Shown here in pieces: positions 39,521-51,482 of a stretch of DNA of 64,000 bases (position 1 is the stretch's first letter; each line of letters starts with the position of its first letter). The notes beneath the pieces are model-generated. The model searched no databases and was not told the origin of the DNA. It saw only the letters and a program-made list of their open reading frames with translations. Source of the DNA: Eledone cirrhosa (lineage: Eukaryota). The stretch covers positions 374,976,001 through 375,040,000 of the forward strand of contig OZ024740.1 of assembly GCA_964016885.1 (NCBI GenBank). The letters run 5' to 3'. The position numbers and the translations under genes are program-made.

Positions 39521-42500
39521 GGTAAATTTCTTTAAGTCGTTTGGAAGCCTCGAAAATGCAGATGGGTAAATCTCTGGGTAACAAGATCCGGTGGTGGAGC
39601 GAGAGATGTAAGTGGGTGTACGTTGAGATGCGTGGCGTGTATAAGACATGTAGAGGAATGAAGGAAAGAGCGTAAAGGATAAAATAAATGTAACAACACG
39701 AGAAAGAGTTACCTTGGGAGAGATTTAATTGTCCCTATATGGTGTCCTCCGATGTTCGTTGTTTTGAATATCTGAGGTATTCGGCAGAGCGCGCGTGCGC
39801 TTGAAATGGGATCGATCAGACAGAGGTCAGCGGCCGAAGTAGTTATTTCGATCGTGGGAGTGGGGTGGAGCTATCTGTCAGTCCATGCTCTGCCTGTTTG
39901 GTGAATGTTACTGTGTGTGTGTGTATGTGTGTGTTGTTGTCTCGTTTGAATATGTGTGTGGGTTCGTGTGTTATTGCTTTGTTCCTCTGTATTGGCAGTG
40001 TAGTATGTTCGTATGGTGGAATGCTACTGTGCGTATGTGTGTGTTTGCTTGTGTTCTTGTCTCGCATGTGTGTGCGTGTGCGTGTGTTGGTGCATCGTTT
40101 GTTAACTTAAACCAACCACCTCATTTCGCTTCTCTCGGATCGCTTATTTAATTGTGGCCCTAGGCGTTTGATCCAAAGTGCTTCCTTGATACGTAACGTG
40201 CCGACGTTTCTTTCTGCCGCTACAATTGTGACAATGGGCCTTTCGTCTTTGTTTCCGCATTTGGCTTCGTGTTTCTGGAAAGACGAGACCCTAGTTTTAG
40301 TGTGTTCCTTGATCCGGATGTGCAACGGCGGATTGTGCTACATATATAGTATTGGTTGCACCTGTTTCATTCTATCTTATACAAGACGTATGTGCGTAGG
40401 CAACAGTTCGCATGGCGCATCGGGCTGTCTCTGAGGGAGCACGCGTCAGTTGATTTCCCGGGTTTCCTGGAGAGGCATCTTCGCAGCGAGGGGCCCGATT
40501 GGGCCAGGTGGATGTCGAGGCGCTCCCTCCGTATAGCATTTCGTATAGCGTTGGTGGTATTCTCGCCCAGGTGTGGCATTTTAAGGAAGCACTTGCCTTG
40601 GGTGCCTCTCTGTTTCTTGTGTCTGGTGTCTCCTACTCTGTCTTTGAGCGAGGTAGGGTACCCATTGGTTTCCAGCACCTCGAGGAATCGCTTGGTATGA
40701 GTGACACCACTCACAAGATCGCTACATCAGTTTTTGATTCGTGCGATCTCGTTCGTGATCTGTTGACACTGTTAGGGAGGGTGGACTTCTAGTGGATGAA
40801 CAGATCCCTGTAGGCTGCCTTTCGGTAGAAGTTGCAGTGGATCCCTCCCTGTTCCGCGATGTTGATTCGGAAGTCGAGGAGGGCAAGTGAACCGTCTTCG
40901 TTGGGGTGTTCAACATTGAAGTCAATGTTCTCGTCCGTGTTGTTGAACGTCTCATAGATTCTGTTCCCCATGTCTTGGGAAGATGTGAGGATGAGGATAT
41001 CGTTCACGTACCTTGAGAAAAAAACTACGGCGTTGGGGTGGCAGGCGTTGAGTGCCTTGCGCTGGAGGCTGTCCATCTAAGAGATCGCCAGCACACCCGA
41101 CAGGCTTGATTCCATGGGCAGTCCCGAGGTTTGTTGGTATGTTTGGTCAAGGAATCCGAAGTAGGTGTTGTCGACGACGATGGATAGGAGTTGGTGGATG
41201 TCAGTGGTGGTGAGCCCGAACCAGTGTAGGTCGGTGGATTGGACGCGTTCCATCAGTATATTGACGGCCGGGAGTGCCGGGACTAAAGTGTAGAGAGCGA
41301 CTACATCAAGGCCGAAGGCATATCTGTTATTCTTTCTGGTGTCGGGATCCATTTGATGCAGGTGCTTTCACACCACCTCGGAGCTGTTAACGTGTCCTGG
41401 CAAGGTGTCTAAGATGGGTTTGAGTATTCTGGCTAGGAGCCATGAAATTTTGTAGGGTGGTCCTTTCACGCTCGATACAATGGGCTTGATCTTCAGGTCG
41501 GGTCCCTGTTTGTGTGTTTTCACGAGGTGGTAAAAGGCGGGTAGTCTGCTGTTCCTCGTGAGAAGGTTGTATCTCTGCTTCTTCGCCAGCTTCCGCCGGT
41601 CGCAGATGTTGGTCCAGGCGGCGTTGATGTGCTCTTCTATCTGCGTGGGCGTGATTCCCGTGACCTTGGAGTAGAGGTTGTCATCTTCAAGGTGTTGGCG
41701 GTTCAGGGTGTTGTAGTCCTCTCTGCTGATGACGCAGAATTTTTTCCCTTGTCGGTGGGGAGGTAGATGAGGTTCTTCGATATTAGGTTGGAGAGAGTGG
41801 TGAGTTGAGATTTGTGACGTTGTGTGTTGTGCGTGTGTGTGTGTTTGTGTAGAATATACGAGATGGAGTATTTTAGCCTGATAACTTTAGTGTCGAGTTC
41901 GTGCTTTGTGGTTGGGGGGTGGAGTGGGCTGTTGCGGTGGTAAGTGGGAAACTTGGGTGGGTTGTGTGGGCGCTGTTATTTTCTGTGGTGCTGTTGATAG
42001 CGGTCACCCATTTAAGTTGGTAAGCGGCTCGACAAAATTTGCCTCGATGTTGAGTTTGAGTCTGTCGTCGAGTCGTTGTGAGACGATGAACTTGGTTCCG
42101 AGGTGTAGGAGTTTCAGCTCGTCGCTCGTGAGAGGGCCGGTTAGGTCGGTGACCAGGTGCGTCGCATCATTGAGGTGTGGCTCGGTGTTGGTGGATGCGG
42201 CGGTGGCGGTGTTAAGTTGTTGTTTTCCACGTGGTTCTGGTCCGTCTGTTCGTTAGTGTCGATGTTCTCGTTGTGGGGTTTAAACAAGATACACTCATAT
42301 TTTCGTTTGAGCCGTTTTTTCGTATTGGACTCTGGAGTGGTAGCACTGGTCGATTGCGTTAGTGATTTTCAGGAGCATGTCGCTGTGTGCTATTGACAGT
42401 CCATGTGTCCGCTCTGAGAGTGTCCGCTTATGGACGTGTAATTGGCGGTTGAGATGTACCAGGATCTGTTTAATACAGGTGCGATGTATGCGGTTAGTGG

Positions 42501-43045
42501 TGTTTTGGAAAGCTGGTGTACGCAGACTTACTGGTAAGCGGATGCTCCTGATGGTGTTGGGGATGACATCGTTTTTTAAGGCAGCGTTTCAGGAAAATAA
42601 TTTGACAGCCAGCATTGGCCCATTTCTTCGACAGTCTAAACAGTTCCCTTACGGATGCAAACAATTCCTGGCTCAGGTGTAAGGATAAGAGATTATTGAA
42701 GTTTGCTTGAAGCATTGTGGAATAATAAGGTAAATATCTTTAAGTCGTTTGGAAGCCTCGACAATGAAGATGGGTAAATCTCCGGGTAACAAGATCCGGT
42801 GGTGGAGAGAAAGATGTAAATGGGTGTACGTTGAGATGCATGGCGTGTATAAGACGTGTAGAGGAATGAAGGAAAGAGCGTAAATGATAAAAATAAAAAT
42901 AACAAGACGAGAGAGAGTTACCTTGGGAGAGATTGAATTGTCCCTATATATTTCGGATTCACATCCATCAACTGGGTTTTTCTTCCGGCAGGGGGGGAAG
43001 GTTGTCTGCCGGAAAGGTGAGAAACGTGTCCTCCGCTGTTCGATA
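39521..43045 (-). mobile_element. Penelope-like element PLE-2, near full-length with pLTRs, pseudogenised
   Basis: N-terminal FLKRCL; RT motifs LDVVALYT, QTSGLPM, RYVND; GIY-YIG motifs VLYKIE, HIRIKEH, IKEALWI..PQLN; repeats at 39521-39760 and ~42695-43045. Confidence 0.9.
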
Positions 43046-45637
43046 GACTCAAACTCAACATCAAGGCCAACTTTTGTCGAACCGCTTACCAACTTAAATG
43101 GATGACCGCCATCAACGGCGCCACAGAAAATAACAGCGCCCACGCAACCCACCCCAAGTTCACCATTTACCATCCTGAAAACCCACTCCACCCCCCACCC
43201 ACCAACCACGAACTCGACACTAAAATCATCAGCCTAAAACACTCCATCTCGGATATACTTCAAAAAACACACACACGCACAACACACAACCTCACCAAAT
43301 CTCAACTCACCACTCTCTCCAACCTAAAATCGAAGAACCACATCTACCTCCCCTCCGACAAGGGAAAAGAATTCTGCGTCATCAGCAGAGAGGCCTACAA
43401 CACCCTGGCCCTCCAACACCTTGACGATGACAACCTCTAGTCCAAGGTCACGGGAATCACTCCCGCGCAGATATAAGGGCACTTCAACGCCGCCTGGACC
43501 AACATCTGCGACCGGCGGAAGCTGCCGAAGAGGCTGAGATACAACCTTCTCACGAGGAACAGTAGACTACCGGCCTTCTACCACCTCGTGAAAACACACA
43601 AACAGGGACCCGACCTGTAGATCAGGCCCATTGTATCGTGCGTGGAAACCACTCTACAAAATTTCTTGGCTCCTAGCCAGAATACTCAAACCCATCTTAG
43701 ACACTTTGCCGGGACACGTTAACAGCTCCGAGGAGGTGTTGAAGCGCCTGCATCAAATTGATCCCGACACCAGAAAGATTAACAGATATGCCATCAGCCT
43801 TGATGTAGTCGCTCTCTACACCTCGGTCCCGGTACTCTCGGCCGTCAATATACTGATGGAACGCGTCCAATCTACCGACCTACACTGCTTCGCGCTCACC
43901 ACAGCTGACATCCACCAACTCCTATATATCGTCGTCGACAACACCTACTTCGGATTCCTTGACCAAACATACCAACAAACCTCGGGACTGCCCATGGGAT
44001 CAAGCCTGTCGGGTGTGCTAGCGATCTCTTAGATGGACAGCCTCCAGCGCAAGGCACTCAACGCCTGCCACCCCAACGCCGAAGCCTTTTTCTCAAGGTA
44101 GGTGGACGATATCCTCATCCTCACATCTTCCCAAGACATGGCGAACAGAATCTATGAGACGTTCAATAACACGGACGAGAACATTGACTTCAGTGTTGAA
44201 CACCCCAACGAAGACGGGTCACTTGCCCTCCTCGTCTTCCGAATCAACATCACGGAACAGGGAGGGATCCACTGCAACTTCTACCGAAAGGCAGCCTGCA
44301 GGGACCTGTTCGGCCACTACAAGTCCGCCCTCCCTAACAGTGCCAAAAGAGGATACACCACGAACGAGATCGCGCGAATCAAAAACAGATGCAACGATCC
44401 CGCGAGTGGTGTCACTCATACAAAGCATTCCTCGAGGCGCTGGCGATGAACGGGTACCCTATCTCGCTCACAGACAGAGTAGGAAAACACCAGACACAAG
44501 AGACAGAGAGGCACCCAGGCAAGTGCTTCCAAATAATGCCACCAACGCTATCCGCAAAGCTATACGGAGGGAACGCCTCGACATCCACCTAGCCCACTCG
44601 GACCCCTCTCTGCGAAGATGCCTCTCCAGTAAACCCGGGAAATCAACTGAGCGTGCTCCCTCAGAGACTGCCCGATGCGCAATGCGAACTGTTGCCTACG
44701 CACATACGTCTTGTATAAGATAGAATGTAACATTGCAACCAATACTATATATGTAGCACAATCCGCCGTTGGACATACGGATAAAGGAACACAGTAAAAC
44801 CAGGGCCTCGTCTTCCGGAAACACATAGCCAAATGCGGAAACAAAGACGGAAGGCCCATTGTCACAATTCTAGTGACAGAAAGAAACCACGGCACGTTAC
44901 GTATCAAGGAAGTACTTTGGATCAAACGCCTAGGGCCACAATTAAGCAACCAATCCGAGAGAAGCGAAATGAGGTGGTTCGTTTAAGTTAACAAACGATG
45001 CACCAACACACGCACACACAAACAAGCCAGACAGCAACACACGCACACACACACATACACACAGTAGCATTCCACCATACGAACATACTACACTGCCAAT
45101 ACAGAGGAACAAGGCAACAAAACACGCACCCACACACACACTCAAGCGAGACAACACACGCACACACACACACACAGTAACATTCACCAAACAGGCAGAG
45201 AATGGTCTGACAGATAGTGCCACCCCACTCCCACGATCGAAAGATCTACTTCGGCCGCTGACCTCTGCCTGAACGACCCCATTTCATGCGCACGCGCGGT
45301 CTGCTGAAAACCTAGGATATTCAAACCAACGAACAGCGGAGGACACGTTTCGCACCTTTCCGACAGACAACTCCCCCCCCCCTGGAAAAAAACTCCGTTT
45401 GATGGATTTGAATCCGAAATATATAGGGACAATTAAACCTCTCCCAAGGTAACTCTCTCTCGTGTGTTATTTTTATTTTTATCCTTTACGCTATTTCAAC
45501 GTACACCCACTTACATCTCTCGCTCTATCACCGGATTTGTTACACGGAGATTTACCCATCTCCATTGTCGAGGCTTCCAAACGACTTAAAGAAATTCACC
45601 TTATTATTCCACAATGCTTCAAGCAAACTTCAATACA
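43045..45637 (+). mobile_element. PLE-2 second copy, 5'-truncated, head-to-head with the first
   Basis: PSDKGKEF, SLDVVALYT, GLPMGSSLSG, VDDIL; inverted homology to 39521-42070. Confidence 0.9.
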
Positions 45638-45640
45638 CTC

Positions 45641-45741
<101 letters not shown>

Positions 45742-45885
45742 CACATATATATATATATATATTTATTTATTAAAATAACAAATTAAAATAAATATTTGCT
45801 CTACGGTTCTTATATATTTGCTATATATTTATCCGTATCGAGCCCTCTTTGGATTTAAGTCTTCAAATTTATTATTATTACTATA

Positions 45886-46008
<123 letters not shown>

Positions 46009-46029
46009 TTTTTTTTTTTTTTTTTTTTC

Positions 46030-46810
46030 TAAGGCAGGTAAAATTCCCGAGATCCATGGACGAGTTCTTTCCAGCGGTCTCTGTCCCTCATTACCGCTGC
46101 CATGTCCTGCGTCTCCAATAGACCAGTGTATGTCCTTAGGGCATCAACATACGTTAACCTTGGTCTTCTTCTTCTAGTGTGTCCATGTAGGGGCTCCCAA
46201 AGGAGCACTGAGTGCAATGTCAGCTCTGGATGTTGGTGAGCATGTCCAACCAACCTCAGTCTCCTCTGGACGAAAAAGGTATCGGATGCTCAATTTGCCG
46301 ACGACATAGTTTTGGTGACAAATACAGTGAAGGAGGTAGAGGAATTGATGCGGGAGGTTGAGCCTGTGTCGATGAGTGTGGGGCCGAGAATGAATGGGAC
46401 TAAAACAAAATATCTGGTAGAGAATGTTGAGAAGCCAGAGAGGATCACTAATGTAGGCGGGAAGCTGCTAGAATTGGTAGAGGGCTTCCTGTATTTGGGA
46501 GCAAAGATTGGGAATACGGAAGATGATGTGGTTGAGAGGAAGAGCAAGGCCTGGGCGGCGTGCCACAGCTTGAGATCCGTGTGGAAGTCGGACCTTCGTA
46601 GAGATCTGAAAATACGCCTCTTCATTGCTGTAGTGGTGTCTGTGCTGCTGTATGGGTCTGAGACTTGGACACTGACCAAGAAACTCACTCAGATGGTGGA
46701 TGGGTGCTACACGAGAATGCTGAGGATGGCTCTGAACATTAATCAGTATACACTGAGGATGAAAATCTCAGAGCTGTATGGGAGCATCCCAAGAGTCAGC
46801 TCAAAAGTGA
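46030..46810 (-). mobile_element. RTE-type LINE insertion with inverted 5' part (46030-46270 on -, 46271-46810 on +)
   Basis: FADDIVL, FLYLG, LLYGSETWTLTK; the two parts are contiguous in the uninverted copy at 56111-56668. Confidence 0.85.
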
Positions 46811-46815
46811 TATAT

Positions 46816-47272
<457 letters not shown>

Positions 47273-47347
47273 CTACATATGTATACGTGTGTGTATTCAT
47301 ATGCATACTAGTATTTCAGTATACATATGTGGATGTACATTTTTAAC

Positions 47348-47493
<146 letters not shown>

Positions 47494-47513
47494 GTATACA
47501 TATATATATATAT

Positions 47514-47582
<69 letters not shown>

Positions 47583-47676
47583 TATATATAGTTGAATAAA
47601 TGAACAGAGAACAAAGAACAGAGAGGCAGTACAAATGTTATAGTTTTTAGTTTCACTCCTGAGAGTATATATATAG

Positions 47677-47856
47677 GTAAGTTATTCCGGGTTCAATCGG
47701 GGGTAATCACAGTAAGATACTCAAAACATACCAGAGTATAAATGTTTTAATATAGAAAAGCTACTAAAGGAATAGAAAAGTTTCATTCCTGAGAAATCAT
47801 CAGGAAGCAGACTTCATAATGGTTTCTCACGAATGAAACAGTTCTAGTCCTGTAGA

Positions 47857-47860
<4 letters not shown>
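47677..47860 (-). mobile_element. Short PLE-tail-like repeat with HHR (47760-47808 on -) and an inverted HHR half (47816-47859 on +)
   Basis: Three-copy consensus GCTTC CTGATGA tTTC-tcmc-GAAt GAAA CAG-ttctagtc-CTG TA|GAAGC. Confidence 0.65.
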
Positions 47861-47935
<75 letters not shown>

Positions 47936-47972
47936 CCCTCTCTCTCTCTCTCTATCTCTTTCTCTCTTTATT

Positions 47973-48045
<73 letters not shown>

Positions 48046-48054
48046 TTATATATA

Positions 48055-49960
48055 TGGGATAACAAATTATCGTTATTGGTAATTCAGTTAGACGTTGTGA
48101 GTACTCGACGTCGTGAATAGTTTTAACGTACGGCTTTGTTTGACTCAACAAGATGCTTCCATAGTTATGCAGCGAGTTCGCGGTAATTTCTATGCAGGTT
48201 ATACTTGGAGAAATTGTAGTTAAAGAATGAAGAGTAACATGGTTGGCTGTACAGTAAGGGCTTTATTTAGGGTACTGACAATTCTTTCGTTCATCAGGTG
48301 AGTATAGAGTTCACTAATCACTTGAGGGTGCATCATTCGATCTCCAATACATTATTTACCGTTGGTCAACACAACAGCGTACGTAGATATGAAAGTAAGT
48401 CACTCGAAGCAAGATTTATATAGAAAAATAGCGTATAATCAAGACAATAACATCAATAATAAAATAGCGTATAATCAAAACAAAAACATCAATAATAAAA
48501 CGTATAGTAAATAGGTAGAGAAGTTACAGATGTCAAAAGTAAAAAGTAAAATATAAGATAGGGTACATTAAAAAATTAGAAAATGAGAAAATAGAAAAGA
48601 GAAATAAATAAATAAGTGAGAGCGTGTAAGTAGATCTTAGTAGTTTTTGAGTAAGTGTTCTTATAAGCATTCGTTGGAGGGTTTAGTGCTAACATGAGAA
48701 ACCAGATTCGAGATGTACATACATACGTGTAGAGGGTCCGATAAATGAAAAGACAATACATTAGAGATTAATTAGTGGATACATGTATGATATTTATGGG
48801 CTAGGGATGACGGAATATTTGATAAACGCTTGTTGTAAATGTTTTGCTGATTGTTCTATCTCAATGGGGTTGATGCTGTTTCAGGGAGAGTTTGTGAAAG
48901 AAATGTTTAGAGATTTATGATCCAATGACCAGTTGGCCGTTTGATAACTAATAGCAATGCGATGGTGTGTATTCTATATGTTAAAATCTAGGTGGTTTCG
49001 TACTAATTTAGGGATTGCCGGTTCAAATCATGGTAATTTGAAGTTTGTGAATCTTGTATCTATTTTATGCTTATAGATATTTTATGCCTATAGATATTTC
49101 TATTTTGCTGTTAAGCAGCATCCCATCGTACCTTAAGATATGTAGTAGTTCTAAATTACAAAGCCCGAGGTGGGACATACCGTTGCTGTAGGCTTTTGCT
49201 AGCGATAATTTTGACCAGCTAATCTTATATTCTAGGTTTTTGTCCTTAAGCTGCCAGATTTTATTGGCGAGCGTCGTAGAGTTCTCCAGTGCACGGTTCT
49301 ACATGGAGTGTCTGTGTACATACCACCTTTTCTTGAACTCCCCAGCCGTGGAACCTATGTAGTGCTAAGTCGAATTGCCTGAATTCACGGTACACAGGTA
49401 TACCATAATCGAATCCAGGCATCTATTTCGTAGTGGGCACTTTCCGGTAGATGGCAATTACAATTTCAGGTTTTATGTTGTACAGGTTCATCGTTGCGGT
49501 TTTGTAAGTTGTTGTGGCTGGGTTGTGATTTAGGTCTATTAATGCTTTGTTGTGATGCGTTCTGATGCGTTTGTGGTTGTGATGTTGTTACTTGTTGGTG
49601 TTTTGTATTTGGTGCTATCGTACGTGTTGGTTGGTTAATTTATTTAGAGATATGTTTGTAGTTGATCTTGCGTATGTGCGATTCTTTGTTGGCTGCAGTA
49701 GAGTAGGAAGGTTGTATAGTTGTTTCTATTGAAGATTTTATGGTATTTGTGTAGTGTAGGGAAGTGCTTATCTTTTAGTTTAAAGAATGTAGATGGTAGT
49801 TTAGTTTGTAGAGGAGTTGAATATTGGATTGAACCATAAGTACCTTCTATCTCTGAATATTCTATAGTTTGTGTGGGTCCGCATAGGAAGACTAACTCAA
49901 GAACTACTTACAGGCTCTCACTTATTTATTTATTTAAATTTTCCATTTTCTTATTTTTTA
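48055..49960 (-). mobile_element. Old, degraded PLE-3 3' half (GIY-YIG plus tail) with a short 5' inversion (49905-49960 vs 48570-48625)
   Basis: KCPLRNRCLDSIMVYLC..YIGSTAGEFKKRWYVH..STTLANKIWQLK; minimal HHR remnant at 48273-48304. Confidence 0.8.
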
Positions 49961-49981
49961 TATATATGTAGGTTTGGAAAA

Positions 49982-50061
49982 GCTATCTGAAGAGCAATAA
50001 CTTTCCATTGGAAATACTCTGAATTTCCAATCTTTTGATTAACGAAACCGTCGGTCATGGC
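49982..50061 (+). ncRNA. Type I hammerhead motif with partly decayed helix II
   Basis: GCTAT CTGAAGA G...[TTGGAAAT-actctga-ATTTCCAA]...C GAAA CC-gtc-GG TC|ATGGC. Confidence 0.6.
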
Positions 50062-50133
50062 ACTAGAAGAGGTAAATATTTAAATCGTATTTTAATTTAT
50101 TTAAAAGATTGTTTAATGTTTACTTGTTCCTCT

Positions 50134-50225
<92 letters not shown>

Positions 50226-50701
50226 AGATATATATATATATGTACATAAATATATATATAAGAATATGAGGTTTTTAAAAATGAAAACAAAATGTGATGT
50301 TCTATACGAGTGAAAATACAGGTAAAATAAATAAAATAAATAAAAATGCAAGTGGAGTCTTTTTTACAGTATTCATTGGTTTCCTTTGCGGGATTCACAG
50401 TTCGTATTCTTTCAAACGTAGAATAAGATGAAGTGTTTTTGTTTTTATTCGCGTCTGGTTGGTGTTCGAAAGTTATTTCTGCTTTATGCGGAATCAGTGG
50501 CCCGAATTGCTCGACATGACAGTCGTCAACCAGCCCACCATCTGATTCTACTTTTGAAAAGAACAAGAACTGTGAAACCGGTACGGGAAACAAATAAATA
50601 TCTTTTAAAAGGCTACATTTGGATTTTCGATTCCTTTTCCTTATATATATATATATATATACAACTCGAAAAATCTAACTGTAGTTTTTTTAAGAATATT
50701 C

Positions 50702-50767
<66 letters not shown>

Positions 50768-51123
50768 TCATATATACATAATATATATCACGATAAATCA
50801 ACGGATCCATAGACTCTCTAGTGTGTTATCTTTTCATCATATTGCGTTATAAAGGGCTCGGGATTCCTTCTCCTTTGAGCACATTACAGACAGGGAATAG
50901 CGAGAGTCTATGGTTCCGTTAATTTATCGTAATATTTCGCTCCTTATAATTTCGCTCTTTGGTTGAGCACACTTCTCTGTGTGCTTTGGGCTGCCCTTTA
51001 TAGCAGCTTCTTCCTCAGAGACCACTGGTTACTGCGCTAGACACGCTGTGAATTCTCTCTCCCACGTGTGGCTGGACGGTCGCTTTAGATTCTCTTAGTG
51101 TTGTCTGAATTGTATAGCCTTAC

Positions 51124-51202
51124 ACACGCTGATGAACCATGGACATATCATTTCTGTCAACAACTTATTTGGTGAAACAGATCTTTTTGGAGTTGTACGT
51201 GT
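51124..51202 (+). ncRNA. Type I hammerhead ribozyme motif
   Basis: ACACG CTGATGA ACCA...TGGT GAAA CAG...TTG TA|CGTGT; all three helices pair; GUA triplet. Confidence 0.75.
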
Positions 51203-51313
51203 CATACGGTCCAATAGACTTTTGTTAGCAATATTAAGTTCTCCACGCTTTTGTATATCTCCAATACCATTTATGGAAACAGCTAGATGATATAAAACGG
51301 AGTATTCGTATCA

Positions 51314-51400
51314 AAATAAAGATCCGAATGCATGGTATACATTTCCAATCATTTTCAATCATGATTGGAAATCTATACCATGCCTTCGGATCTTTATTTT
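51314..51400. repeat. Short foldback with ~40-bp arms (others at 50790-50930 and 50370-50600)
   Basis: aaaataaagatccgaa..ttccaatcat pairs with atgattggaa..ttcggatctttatttt. Confidence 0.85.
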
Positions 51401-51408
51401 TATATATT

Positions 51409-51482
<74 letters not shown>

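Noticed and set aside
50548-50590. ACA/TGT GAAACCGGTA hammerhead-like motif in a foldback
   Set aside because: The core is degenerate in both arms and helix I is poor.
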